Source: a virus. From it: a stretch of DNA of 64,000 nt. Under the pieces are notes generated by a model. The model saw only the letters and a list, made by a program, of their open reading frames with translations. It searched no databases and was not told where the DNA came from. Of the stretch, positions 27,411 through 37,551 are shown one piece after another. The position numbers and the translations under genes are program-made. The stretch covers positions 1 to 64,000 of IMG/VR virus record IMGVR_UViG_3300008050_000024; one strand, given 5' to 3'. Positions within the stretch are counted from its first letter, which is position 1. Each line of letters begins with the position of its first letter.

Positions 27411-29543
27411 ATGGAAACAGAAACTTTTTTCGAAATAACACAGGAAAGTAGCCCAGAGGTAGTGGCCGGGGCCCTTCTTCACATTTATGGATATCAAACC
27501 AGTGAAGAGCAATCGGCGGGACACACGATCGAGAATAACAACGCAGGGTTCAGCGGATGTGATTCGGACTTTTTATCGGATTTAGCCGAGAAAGTCATAA
27601 ACTACAAAAAATTGACGGACAAGCAATTAGCCTCCGTACACAAGGCAATCACAAAATATCACCGCCAGTTGAAAAGTGGATTTAGGGCATATCAAATTGC
27701 CGTTAAAACTACGCCGATGATTCGAACCTGGTGGCCCTTGTTTGTTAAACCAGATCCCCTGAATACTGGTATGATTATCATACAGTATACAAACAACTCA
27801 ACCGAGCGGGAATGGATTAAAAGCAACATCGACGGACGCCAGTTCGACTGGGACAGGAAAATTTGGATTGCTCCTGCAATTGACGAGAACATCAAAAAAC
27901 TAAAGGACTATGGTTTTGGCATCAGCGAGAATTTAACCAATCCTGGCAAAATTACAGACCTAGTCAAAATCACAGAGGCAGGCAAAAAACTCCTACACGT
28001 TAGATTCCCAAAAATGAACGAACTTGTTCAAAAAATGAGGCAAGTACCGGGAGCCCGCTGGAATCCAGACGAGCACTGCTGGGAAGTCAAAATTAACGAG
28101 GCATCAATCAGCGCCATGAAGCGCCTGGAATTCAACTTGCCCGACATTGACTTTTCTGGTCCTAAGTACACACAAGGCACATTGCCCGATAAACTGCGTG
28201 AAGTGATGTACGACTACCAAGTGGAGGGATACGACTTCGTTGAAAGTAAAAAGGGAAGAGCAATCATAGGCGACGAGATGGGCCTGGGGAAAACTATACA
28301 GGCAATCAGTTATGTTGCCTCTAACCCCGACAAGCGTCCCGTTTGTGTTGTGTGTCCCGCCAGTGTCAAAGGCGTTTGGAAAAGGGAATTCAAAAAGTGG
28401 GCAGGGCTCGACAGTGTTATCCTGGAAGGCCAGGGAAACAAGATCCCAGAAAAAAGTGAAATTTACATTGTCAATTACGACATACTGTCTTATAAAGTAG
28501 CCGCCCTCAGAGAACAAGGAATTCAAACACTAATCATTGACGAATGTCATTACATCAAAAACAGGGACACAAAACGTACCGCCGCAGTCACTACACTAGG
28601 ATCGGAAGTAGCCAAGTATGTAATCGCACTCAGTGGCACTCCCATCACTAATCGCCCTGAAGAATACTTCACAACCCTGAACCTCATCAACCCCGACGAA
28701 TTTGATAATTTTGTCAAATACGGGATTCGATACTGTGACGGGCATAAAGGCGAGTACGGATGGGATTTTAGTGGCAAGAGCAATGAAGCGGAACTGTACG
28801 AGCGTACCACACGATCCCTGCTGATACGACGGAACAAGTCAGAGGTCCTAAGTCAACTGCCAGCCAAGACTCGCACAGTCGTGCCGCTACAGATGAACAA
28901 GAAGCAACAAGCCACATATGATGAGCACATCGATAACATGATGAATGAGATGTATGATAAACAACTCAAAGGAGGGGCCGAAGCCCTGGCAATGATTGAG
29001 GCCGCGAAACAAGCAGTCGTTAAGGCTAAAATAGATCAGGCAATCACTTGGATCGAAGACTACTTACGAGTTGAAGACAAAATTGTCGTATTTGCAACGC
29101 ACAAATGGACTGTTGAAAAACTCATGACGCATTTTGGGGACATCGCCGTTAAAATAGACGGATCAGTTCCTACAGACAAACGACAGGCCGTTGTAGATCA
29201 GTTTCAAACGAATGATAAAATCAAAGTATTTGTAGGCAACATCAAAGCGGCGGGGATTGGCATCACACTAACTGCCGCACACGCCACTTGCTTTTTGGAA
29301 TTAGCTTGGACGCCTGGAGATCATGACCAGGCCGAAGATCGTGTACACAGGATTGGACAAACGGCGGATCACGTAGACGCTTACTACTTACTCATGGAAG
29401 GAACCATTGAGGAGGACATAGCAAGTCTATTAGACGACAAACGAGCTACACTGGACGCCGTTTTGGATAACAAAGTAACGGAACAACATGACGAGAGTTT
29501 ACTCACGACACTGTTGAAGAAATACGGAGCAAAAGATGAGTAA
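27411..29543 (+). CDS. SNF2-family helicase, copy 2, with two HARP-like domains and an extra N-terminal domain
   Basis: GDEMGLGKT, DECH, QAEDRVHRIGQ; IDGRQFDWDRKIW and VPGARWNPDEHCW repeats. Confidence 0.92.
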   Translation: METETFFEITQESSPEVVAGALLHIYGYQTSEEQSAGHTIENNNAGFSGCDSDFLSDLAEKVINYKKLTDKQLASVHKAITKYHRQLKSGFRAYQIAVKTTPMIRTWWPLFVKPDPLNTGMIIIQYTNNSTEREWIKSNIDGRQFDWDRKIWIAPAIDENIKKLKDYGFGISENLTNPGKITDLVKITEAGKKLLHVRFPKMNELVQKMRQVPGARWNPDEHCWEVKINEASISAMKRLEFNLPDIDFSGPKYTQGTLPDKLREVMYDYQVEGYDFVESKKGRAIIGDEMGLGKTIQAISYVASNPDKRPVCVVCPASVKGVWKREFKKWAGLDSVILEGQGNKIPEKSEIYIVNYDILSYKVAALREQGIQTLIIDECHYIKNRDTKRTAAVTTLGSEVAKYVIALSGTPITNRPEEYFTTLNLINPDEFDNFVKYGIRYCDGHKGEYGWDFSGKSNEAELYERTTRSLLIRRNKSEVLSQLPAKTRTVVPLQMNKKQQATYDEHIDNMMNEMYDKQLKGGAEALAMIEAAKQAVVKAKIDQAITWIEDYLRVEDKIVVFATHKWTVEKLMTHFGDIAVKIDGSVPTDKRQAVVDQFQTNDKIKVFVGNIKAAGIGITLTAAHATCFLELAWTPGDHDQAEDRVHRIGQTADHVDAYYLLMEGTIEEDIASLLDDKRATLDAVLDNKVTEQHDESLLTTLLKKYGAKDE

Positions 29544-29949
29544 GAAAAAAGTAATGAAACCGAAATCAATAGTATTCCCTCCGGTGATACAGGGGATGTT
29601 CCCGGGCGGATGGAAACCAACCCCGGGAGTACGAGAACACGTCTATAACAGTTTGATGTACGAAACAAAAGATATGACGGGCTTCGTCACAGGAGATTTT
29701 GGCAAAATAAATATGGGCGTCGAGCCCTGCTACATCGACACCAGTATTCGGATAATAACAAATGCAACTAAACAAAGAGGCCATCAAATATTTTACGAAG
29801 GGAAGATAGTCCTGGGCCACAGGAATGCTATCAGCTCTTTTTTGCTTAAACTTGGACATCGTATGACTACGATCCAGAATGAGAGGAATTGCCTTGAAGA
29901 GATTATTAGAGAATCTACCAGAAAACAGCACGCAGATACTACTCCATGA
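29536..29949 (+). CDS. Hypothetical protein
   Basis: Coupled to the upstream stop; RBS GGAG. Confidence 0.55.
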   Translation: MSKKKVMKPKSIVFPPVIQGMFPGGWKPTPGVREHVYNSLMYETKDMTGFVTGDFGKINMGVEPCYIDTSIRIITNATKQRGHQIFYEGKIVLGHRNAISSFLLKLGHRMTTIQNERNCLEEIIRESTRKQHADTTP

Positions 29950-30817
29950 AGTATCTCTAGACATTCTCCGGAAACACAAACCGGACAAGCAACACCCAGT
30001 TCATCCCATCAAAGTCACGTTTGCCGACGTTGAAACAACGGGGGTGACACACGGAAAGGACAAAGTAACGCAACTCGGTTTGTTGCAAATCCTTTTTTGT
30101 GGAGAATCGGGACTGCCTCACCAGATCTTAAACTGGTATGAAGGATTTAATGATCCTGGAATACCGATCCCAGAAGACGTGCAACGATTGACGGGGATCA
30201 CCGATGAAATGGTAAAGGGGCAGGTCCTCGATACAATGGAGATTGGCAACATCATCAGTGACAGTGACTTAATCGTAGCTCACAAGGCGGATTTTGACCG
30301 CCCTTTTGTCGACGATATCTGTCCTGTTAGTAGGACAGTGCCTTGGTCCTGTAGTCTAATGCAAATTGACTGGAAAAAAGAGGAATGCGAATGTGCCCGT
30401 CTTTCTCACATTTGCCTGGAACACGGCTTTTTCTACAAGGGCAAACATTCGGCACTGAGCGACTGTGTAGGACTGGCCTGGTTAATGTGCCACCGATCCA
30501 TACATAAGCAGAAACTCACTTATATGAAAATCCTGCTATGGCAGCTCAACAACGGCGGGATCGTATTTGTGCAAGCCCTGGGAGCTCCCTTTGAGAAAAA
30601 GGATGTACTGAAGGGCATGGGATTTCAATGGAATCCCGCCGACAAAGTATGGGAACGGAAAATGCCATTCTACCTGTGGCGTGAAGTGCAACACGCCTTA
30701 CGGGAATTAGTGTACTTCGCTCCTGATGTGCCGGCTAAGTATAAGTACCAGAGTGAAAATCCCTGGTGTGTTAGAATAATAGACGCAAAGGACGCATTTA
30801 AAAGCAGTTTCTACTAA
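29879..30817 (+). CDS. DEDDh 3'-5' exonuclease (Pol III epsilon-like)
   Basis: ADVETTG, AHKADFD, HSALSDC; C-terminal PFEKKD.LK..G..WNP domain. Confidence 0.9.
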   Translation: MRGIALKRLLENLPENSTQILLHEVSLDILRKHKPDKQHPVHPIKVTFADVETTGVTHGKDKVTQLGLLQILFCGESGLPHQILNWYEGFNDPGIPIPEDVQRLTGITDEMVKGQVLDTMEIGNIISDSDLIVAHKADFDRPFVDDICPVSRTVPWSCSLMQIDWKKEECECARLSHICLEHGFFYKGKHSALSDCVGLAWLMCHRSIHKQKLTYMKILLWQLNNGGIVFVQALGAPFEKKDVLKGMGFQWNPADKVWERKMPFYLWREVQHALRELVYFAPDVPAKYKYQSENPWCVRIIDAKDAFKSSFY

Positions 30818-30818
30818 A

Positions 30819-31757
30819 ATGACACAGCAACGAGATTATACCTTATTTGACGTACAGGCCTTCTACAGCCAGCACGGGATACCCACTGCACCCGCCGGGG
30901 ACAAACACAGTCGAGCCGGATGGGTGCAGAGTGGTTGTCCTTTCTGCAAAAGTAGCGAAAAGTACCACCTAGGATTTTGTCTTTCTACAGGCAAGTACAA
31001 TTGCTATCGATGTGGATCAAAGGGCGTTGTCGCTGTTGTACGGGAATATCTCAAAAGCGACTGGGCTGCGGCCTTTAGGCAAATAGATGAACACATGAGG
31101 GGCATGACTCCTCTAGACATAAAGAAAAAGGATGAGCCCAAGCTAAACCGACCATTCGAAACAGAGTGGCCGATGGGGACTGTGCCCCTGTTACCCTCCC
31201 ATCAGAAGTATTTACTAAGCCGAAACATCGACCCTAATATCTGGTTTCTTTATAGCTTGCGCTCTTGTGGTCCTATAGGGCCCTACAAGCACCGGATAAT
31301 CATTCCTATCTACATCCAAAACAGGTTGGTCAGTTACCAAGGAAGGGACGTGACAGGAAAAGCGGAACTGCCGTACAAGGCTTGTGAGGATAGAAACGAA
31401 GCAATCCACCATAAAGACATTGTCTACGGGTTTGATTTAGTACCCAAAAAAGGAGACGCCCCTGTCGTCCTTGTAGAGGGGGTCGTGGACGCCTGGCGTC
31501 TAGGTCCCGGGAGTCTAAGTACATTCGGAGTAGGCTACACCAAAAAACAGATAGATTTTCTTTGTCAACACTTCAATCGTTTCGTAATCATGTTTGATGG
31601 AGATGAGGCTGGAATGAATCGGGGTGACTTGTTACACAACGAACTCCTATTCCACGGGAAAGAAAGCAAAAAGATGTTTATCCCCGGAGATCCGGGATCA
31701 CTATCGGCTGTCAGGGCCTGGCAACTAATGAAAAGCATACGGGAAGGAAGGACATAG
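30819..31757 (+). CDS. dnaG: DNA primase (DnaG-type)
   Basis: Zn finger CPFC/CYRC, RIIIPI, YQGR, Toprim VEGVVD and FDGD. Confidence 0.9.
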   Translation: MTQQRDYTLFDVQAFYSQHGIPTAPAGDKHSRAGWVQSGCPFCKSSEKYHLGFCLSTGKYNCYRCGSKGVVAVVREYLKSDWAAAFRQIDEHMRGMTPLDIKKKDEPKLNRPFETEWPMGTVPLLPSHQKYLLSRNIDPNIWFLYSLRSCGPIGPYKHRIIIPIYIQNRLVSYQGRDVTGKAELPYKACEDRNEAIHHKDIVYGFDLVPKKGDAPVVLVEGVVDAWRLGPGSLSTFGVGYTKKQIDFLCQHFNRFVIMFDGDEAGMNRGDLLHNELLFHGKESKKMFIPGDPGSLSAVRAWQLMKSIREGRT

Positions 31758-31758
31758 A

Positions 31759-32418
31759 ATGATACACGAATCAGTCAATATGCTAAATCTGGGACGATTT
31801 TACGAATCGCTAAGAACACGGAGGAGCGGCGAGTTTTCGTACAATCCCTACCACATCGAAAGCCCTCGAAACTTTACCCTGGGCAATCTAAAGCAGTATA
31901 TCGAGTACATGAGGGAACAAAAAACGAAAGTGTTCCTAGTAGGAGAAGCCCCGGGATATAAAGGCTGTGCCCTTACGGGCATACCCTTTACCAGCCAAGA
32001 AGTCGTTGAATCCAAGAAACACACTATCTGGCAACGACTAGCCCCTAACATAGTACTCAACGACGACCATCCCGGGAAAGAGAACACAGCGACAATCGTT
32101 TGGAAGCTTTTGGAGGAACTCAATTACTTGCCCCTCTTTTGGAATGCCTTTCCATTCCACCCACATGAAAGAAATGATGTGTATTCAAACAGAAAACCAG
32201 ATTCGTTTGAACTAAGAGAAGGCGCCTTCTACTTGACCTACTTGATTGAGTATTTCAAACCGGAGCACATTATCGCCATTGGACGCCAGGCACAAAACAC
32301 ACTGTCTAGAATTCTAAATAAAGAAATCAAATACATCCGCCACCCTTCAATGGGGGGTGCGTGCGCTTTTCGTCACGGCATGCGAGATTTACAAGAAGTA
32401 CTCGACTCGCAAAAATAG
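31759..32418 (+). CDS. Uracil-DNA glycosylase superfamily, SMUG-like
   Basis: GEAPGYKGCALTGIPFTS, WNAFPFHP, RHPSMGG. Confidence 0.85.
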   Translation: MIHESVNMLNLGRFYESLRTRRSGEFSYNPYHIESPRNFTLGNLKQYIEYMREQKTKVFLVGEAPGYKGCALTGIPFTSQEVVESKKHTIWQRLAPNIVLNDDHPGKENTATIVWKLLEELNYLPLFWNAFPFHPHERNDVYSNRKPDSFELREGAFYLTYLIEYFKPEHIIAIGRQAQNTLSRILNKEIKYIRHPSMGGACAFRHGMRDLQEVLDSQK

Positions 32419-32575
32419 GCGCCACAGGAAATAACCGTCCAAAAACCTTGAATATCTAATTGTAGGCTGTGTAGACACTACTTTGCCTCTGGATAGGGAA
32501 TTTGACGTCCTATAAGTGACACCAAGACGCAAAAAAAGAACTTAATAAGCTACCAAACTATTTTGTAATAAACTA

Positions 32576-32604
32576 TTGACGGGTAATACACAAATATATA
32601 TAAT
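32576..32604 (+). promoter_or_regulatory. Strong sigma70 promoter for the replication operon
   Basis: TTGACG-17-TATAAT. Confidence 0.85.
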
Positions 32605-32832
32605 CAAGGACAATATGTACTAAATTGCCAAACTAAGGGACTCCCGTAGGCCATGGGAGTGGCAAAGGCCGGGAAGGAAGCTACCCAAAGCTTCTCTGAT
32701 ATTCTTTCCGGCCCTCCCTTTTGTACTAACCGAAAATATCAGGGGTTACATTGAAACAGTTTCAAAAAATCAGCACAGTTTTGAGTTGCTCATTTGAGTT
32801 TCGTTGTTCCCTTCGCAGGAGTTTATGCAGCA

Positions 32833-34140
32833 ATGGCAGATGACAATCATGGAATTGAATTAGTAAACGCAGACCAAAAGCTATTTCATATAGTAGACCA
32901 AGATCTTACCGATTTATGGTTGCCGTTAATTGGACCCACCGCATACACGGTATGGAACGTATTGAAACGCTTTACCAATACACTGGAACGAGGAACGGCC
33001 TTCCCTGTAGTGACCCAAAGGCATTGGGCAGAACGAATAGGGATAAGCCAGAATACGTTTAATACAGCGATCAACGTGCTAGAGAAACACCGTCTAGTCA
33101 AAACAATAAAGAAAAAGGGAAACACCCGTCAACTCAAGTACGCGGTACTCAGTGTGCCTGCTATTTTACCCGATCACCTAAAAAAGAATAGCAAACCATA
33201 TTCAAAAAGCAATCCTTTCATGCACCCTGTGTTAGAAGGCCGAAGCCGACTCTTTGTAAAGCAAAAAATAAGCTTTACACCAACGCAGGATAAACAGGCA
33301 ATAGATATCGCTCAACAACGGGAATCCCAAAATTTGGGAATCCCAGAAATAGACGAGTTACAAGAAAAAGACAGTTTAATGGGATTCCCAAAAATTGGGA
33401 ATCCAAATTCCCAAAATTTGGGAATCCAAATTCCCAAAAATTGTGAATCCTTAGTAGAGGGTACTATAGTACCCCCTACGGTAAAAGAAAGTATAAAAGA
33501 TAGTAATTTAAAAAACAGTGGTGTGACCTGCGTTCACACCAGTGATATTTTAGAAGATGAGGTTCCTTCTACCCCGAATGGAATTGTTAGGACGAATCAA
33601 CCAATACCACAATCCCATCAAGTAAAATCAGACCATGAGAAACTGGTTGACTGGTTTGATAACAACAGAATAACATCCCATCCAAATCTGGTTAAGCCGG
33701 GAGCACTTACCCCATCAAGGAAAAAGAATAGCCTGGATGAGATAGACAGACTGATCAGGATTGACGGATTCGACTTTGAAACCGAAATCAAACCAACCAT
33801 TGAATGGGCAGTAACCGATCCATTCTGGGATAGCAATTTGTTGGCGCTTACTCGTTTGCGGAACATTGGAAGCAATGGTCAATCTAAGTTTTTGAATATG
33901 CACAGATCCAGAACAGCTCAACCGACTGCCGGATCATCAGCTCCCACGTTTGAGGCTAAACTGAGCAAAATCAAACATCCCTACTATTCGCCGCAAGAGA
34001 TGGCGAAAAAGACACCAACCGAAATAAGGGATTTGCAAGGAACACACTACGACAAGAAGACAGGCGAGTTTTGGGAATACGATCAACAGGGAAACGAACT
34101 TCAGCATCGATGGTTAAGAGATGAGGAGGAAACAGCATGA
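32833..34140 (+). CDS. Replication initiator (lambda O/DnaD-like N-terminal wHTH)
   Basis: LWLPLIGPTAY..W, HTH WAERIGISQNTF; internal iterons; followed by a DnaC-like ATPase; start may extend to 32794. Confidence 0.8.
   Translation: MADDNHGIELVNADQKLFHIVDQDLTDLWLPLIGPTAYTVWNVLKRFTNTLERGTAFPVVTQRHWAERIGISQNTFNTAINVLEKHRLVKTIKKKGNTRQLKYAVLSVPAILPDHLKKNSKPYSKSNPFMHPVLEGRSRLFVKQKISFTPTQDKQAIDIAQQRESQNLGIPEIDELQEKDSLMGFPKIGNPNSQNLGIQIPKNCESLVEGTIVPPTVKESIKDSNLKNSGVTCVHTSDILEDEVPSTPNGIVRTNQPIPQSHQVKSDHEKLVDWFDNNRITSHPNLVKPGALTPSRKKNSLDEIDRLIRIDGFDFETEIKPTIEWAVTDPFWDSNLLALTRLRNIGSNGQSKFLNMHRSRTAQPTAGSSAPTFEAKLSKIKHPYYSPQEMAKKTPTEIRDLQGTHYDKKTGEFWEYDQQGNELQHRWLRDEEETA
33325..33450. repeat. Four iterons, putative replication origin
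   Basis: (T)TCCCAAAA(T/A)TTG(G/T)GAATCC at 33325, 33385, 33408 and 33431 (23-bp period for the last three), then a palindrome and an AT-rich tract. Confidence 0.85.
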
Positions 34141-34703
34141 CACCTCCACCAAACGAAATGATACAGGCAAGGACCCAGGAACTGCTTCCTCAAATAGGTA
34201 TTCCCGAACGGTACCAACTGGCTAAATTAGATGATTTCCCACCAGAAGAAAGAAAAATGGTCAGGGCACTTATCGGACCCAAAATCAACACGATCATCGT
34301 CGGACCCAACAAAACAGGCAAAACACATCTCATGGCCGCTATTGCCCGGGAAAATAGCCATAATGCATTTCTCCCACATTTATCTAATTTCATTTCAATG
34401 TCTGACTTGATTCTAAATGTGCGGGAAGGCATCGGAGCGGAAGGCGAAAAAGCGTCCGATATCGTTCTAACTCGAAGATATATGGAATGTCCATATTTGT
34501 ACCTGGACGATCTGGGAGCAGAAAAGACAACAGACTGGGTGAGACAAGTGCTGTACACGATTATCAATTATCGATACAATCACATGAAACATATTCTCAT
34601 CACTTCGAACTTGATGCCTTCGGAATTAGACGATAAACTAGGAACTCGAATTTGTCGAAGAATTGAAGATATGTGTACTGTACACAGAAAGGACGAACGA
34701 TAG
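34137..34703 (+). CDS. DnaC/IstB-like helicase-loader ATPase
   Basis: GPNKTGKT, LYLDDLGAE, IINYRY, ITSNL. Confidence 0.9.
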   Translation: MTPPPNEMIQARTQELLPQIGIPERYQLAKLDDFPPEERKMVRALIGPKINTIIVGPNKTGKTHLMAAIARENSHNAFLPHLSNFISMSDLILNVREGIGAEGEKASDIVLTRRYMECPYLYLDDLGAEKTTDWVRQVLYTIINYRYNHMKHILITSNLMPSELDDKLGTRICRRIEDMCTVHRKDER

Positions 34704-34705
34704 AC

Positions 34706-36259
34706 ATGGAAGAAGTGGGTACACTGGAACGCCGGATAGTCATCGGCCTTGTGCTGAGCACAGACTATCTCCTGCACATACACCAGAAATATGATCCACT
34801 ATATCTCCAGTCTATGACGGCCCGCACAGTGTCCCATTGGTGCCTAGACTACTTCAAAACATATGAAAAGGCTCCAGGGGCTGAAATTGAGGCCCTGTAC
34901 GATGACTGGAAAATCCTAAATGAACAGGATGAGGACATAGTCAATATCACTAACTGGGTCTGCGACATCCTGGAAAATCTTGAAGAGACGGCCCAGGGAC
35001 TCAATGTCGATTATTTAATCACCCAGAGTTTAGACTACTTCAAAAAGAGGTCAATGGAAAACCTCAAGACCATGATGGAATATCACTTGGGACGAAACGA
35101 CCTGTTGCAAGTGGAACAGATGATCGCAGATTATCGAGGAGTCCAAGAAGAGTTGTGCTACGGCGTAACGCCCCTAGACGATGACCAACTAGTCATTGAC
35201 GCCTTTGACGAGAGCATGAAGCCCATGATTCAACTCCCTGGCGTGCTAGGAGATATGTACAATCGGTTCCTGATACAGGATTCGCTCATAGGTATTATGG
35301 CTCCGGAAAAAAGGGGCAAAACATGGTTTATGATGGAACTCCAAATGAGCGCCACTAAATCTAATCTGCCTGTAGCCGTTTTCCAGTGCGGGGATATGTC
35401 CGACAAGCAATGGACTCGTCGCCAAGGCATCCATTTATCTAAAAGAAACGACATGGGTGAGTTTTGTGGGAAATTGATGGTTCCGGTCATTGATTGTGTG
35501 TTCAACCAGAATGACACTTGTATCCGTCCCGAACGGGAACCCAAAACTGACCCCGGGGTGTTATTTCCAGAACTTGACAACGTCACACTAAAGAACATGA
35601 CCTTGGAAGAATACAAGACGGTCAAAGCGTGCAACCCCCATCACGTAGCCTGTACATCATGCCGCTATTCTCCTGATTCACAATTTAGAGGAGCCTTGTG
35701 GTACAAGCAACGGGAAAAGGTCCAGCCACTAACATCAAATAGTGCCCTTTACGAAACGCGAAGATTCCGTAAAATGTTTAAAGCGCCGTTCAAGTTATCT
35801 ACCCATCCAAGTGGGGATTTGAATATTAAGCAAATAAAAGACATTCTTCATGTATGGGAAGATTCGGAAGGTTTTGTGCCTAAGCTCATTTTAATTGATT
35901 ACGCCGATGTGCTTGGAGCAGAGGACTCCCGGAAGGAATTAAGGCATCAGCAAAATGAAACATGGCAGGCTATGAAAGGACTATCCCAAGTAGGCAAGAG
36001 CCTGGTCATTGCGGCGACACAAACGGATGCCGATAGTTATGACAGGGACAGCATTGGCTTGAAGAACTTCACAAACGATAAAAGGAAGTACAGTCATGTT
36101 TCTGCGATGTTTACGCTAAATCAGAACAAAGTAGAAAAAGCAAAAGGACTAATGCGTATAGGCAACTTGATTGCTCGGGAAAGCACAAGCGATGACCGAC
36201 AAGTCAAAGTGATACAACGGCTAGAAATGGGACGTTTCTATCTAGGGAGTTATTTATGA
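34706..36259 (+). CDS. dnaB: Replicative helicase (DnaB/gp41-like) with Cys-rich insertion
   Basis: APEKRGKT, LIDYAD, AATQT. Confidence 0.85.
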   Translation: MEEVGTLERRIVIGLVLSTDYLLHIHQKYDPLYLQSMTARTVSHWCLDYFKTYEKAPGAEIEALYDDWKILNEQDEDIVNITNWVCDILENLEETAQGLNVDYLITQSLDYFKKRSMENLKTMMEYHLGRNDLLQVEQMIADYRGVQEELCYGVTPLDDDQLVIDAFDESMKPMIQLPGVLGDMYNRFLIQDSLIGIMAPEKRGKTWFMMELQMSATKSNLPVAVFQCGDMSDKQWTRRQGIHLSKRNDMGEFCGKLMVPVIDCVFNQNDTCIRPEREPKTDPGVLFPELDNVTLKNMTLEEYKTVKACNPHHVACTSCRYSPDSQFRGALWYKQREKVQPLTSNSALYETRRFRKMFKAPFKLSTHPSGDLNIKQIKDILHVWEDSEGFVPKLILIDYADVLGAEDSRKELRHQQNETWQAMKGLSQVGKSLVIAATQTDADSYDRDSIGLKNFTNDKRKYSHVSAMFTLNQNKVEKAKGLMRIGNLIARESTSDDRQVKVIQRLEMGRFYLGSYL

Positions 36260-36765
36260 CATTCAAAGTGGAAAAAGAATTCAAATGGGAAATGGCGCAC
36301 AGACTCCCATATCACCAAGGGCAGTGCCGTAGACTACATGGCCACTCCTACAGAGCGTTGGTACAATTGACAGGAGCAGATGCCGCTCTTGTGGAAGTAG
36401 AGGGTGATCCAGAAGATGGTATGTTGCTTGACTTTTATCGTCTCAAGTTTTTGAAGGATTACATCGATAAAGAATGGGACCACCGCACCATGTTGAAACA
36501 TGATGATCCTTTGGTGTTTCCCCTCACAGGAGCCGAAGTGTACATGCCTGATTCTCTGGTAATCGTTCCCCATTCACCCACGGCAGAGCACATTGCCAAA
36601 ATGATTTGCGACGTGGTAATGAAAAATATGGCTATAATGCCTTTCATGTGTAAACTGGCTGCCAGTGGTCAAGGAAAAATCAGTGTCAAAGTGTTTGAAA
36701 CGTGTACTTGCTCAGCCACGTATGAAAGGAATTTAAAGGAGGAATCTAATGTCAGAAAGTCTTAA
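36256..36765 (+). CDS. queD: 6-carboxy-5,6,7,8-tetrahydropterin synthase
   Basis: AHRL, CRRLHGHSY, DF, WDH, PTAE, ET. Confidence 0.93.
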   Translation: MTFKVEKEFKWEMAHRLPYHQGQCRRLHGHSYRALVQLTGADAALVEVEGDPEDGMLLDFYRLKFLKDYIDKEWDHRTMLKHDDPLVFPLTGAEVYMPDSLVIVPHSPTAEHIAKMICDVVMKNMAIMPFMCKLAASGQGKISVKVFETCTCSATYERNLKEESNVRKS

Positions 36766-37474
36766 TGTTTTTAGCGTATTCGGTACAATTTCCGGGGAAT
36801 GTGGTGTATTCCCGGCTGGGACACTGGCTACGTTTATACGTCTCGCAGGCTGTCCCTTTAAATGTGCCTGGTGCGACACTCCCGAATCTCTCCCATCAGA
36901 TTCTGGCAATCCTTTTACCATACCAGAAATACTGGAATGTGTCAGCTTCCCTCACATTGTAATCACCGGGGGAGATCCACTAGTACAACAAAAGAAACTC
37001 CCCGCTTTGACTGAAGCCTTACATAACAAGTTTATGGAAGCACGTGGAGAAGCGCCATTGATTCAAATAGAAACATCGGGATTGATTAAACCGGACGTGA
37101 TCCCGCATGTCCAGGGCTACATCCTGGATTATAAACTGGTAGGATCAGAAGAGTTTAATTCGGAAAAGGGGACTACCGATTTTTGGATGGATATGTTGGA
37201 ACCTCTAGGAGCCGCACCTAAGCTGAAACCGAAAGTCTTTATTAAGTATGTAATAAAAGATGTAGCGGATTTGTGCCAGGCGATGCAGTTTACAAGATCA
37301 TTGCATTCTAAACTAACAGCAAGACTGGGACCTACAGTCACATACGCCTTTTCACCCGTACATGGAGCCATGGAAGCTAAGGAAATCGTACGGCACCTTA
37401 TGGATAGTCGTAATAGTCTTCCTCGGAATGTAATGCTAAACATGCAGATGCACAAAATAATTGATATGGCGTAA
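36749..37474 (+). CDS. queE: 7-carboxy-7-deazaguanine synthase (radical SAM)
   Basis: TISGE, FIRLAGCPFKCAWCDT, ITGGDP, IETSG, QMHK. Confidence 0.92.
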   Translation: MSESLNVFSVFGTISGECGVFPAGTLATFIRLAGCPFKCAWCDTPESLPSDSGNPFTIPEILECVSFPHIVITGGDPLVQQKKLPALTEALHNKFMEARGEAPLIQIETSGLIKPDVIPHVQGYILDYKLVGSEEFNSEKGTTDFWMDMLEPLGAAPKLKPKVFIKYVIKDVADLCQAMQFTRSLHSKLTARLGPTVTYAFSPVHGAMEAKEIVRHLMDSRNSLPRNVMLNMQMHKIIDMA

Positions 37475-37551
37475 TTTGTCTATATAAGAGGACTTGGTGT
37501 TATAAATGAACCTTGAGAATAAAAAAATACAAACTTTTTTTAAAAAGGGTA

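Noticed and set aside
33325-33450. CRISPR array
   Set aside because: The repeats are nearly contiguous without unique spacers, lie within a coding frame and have no cas genes nearby; iterons fit better.
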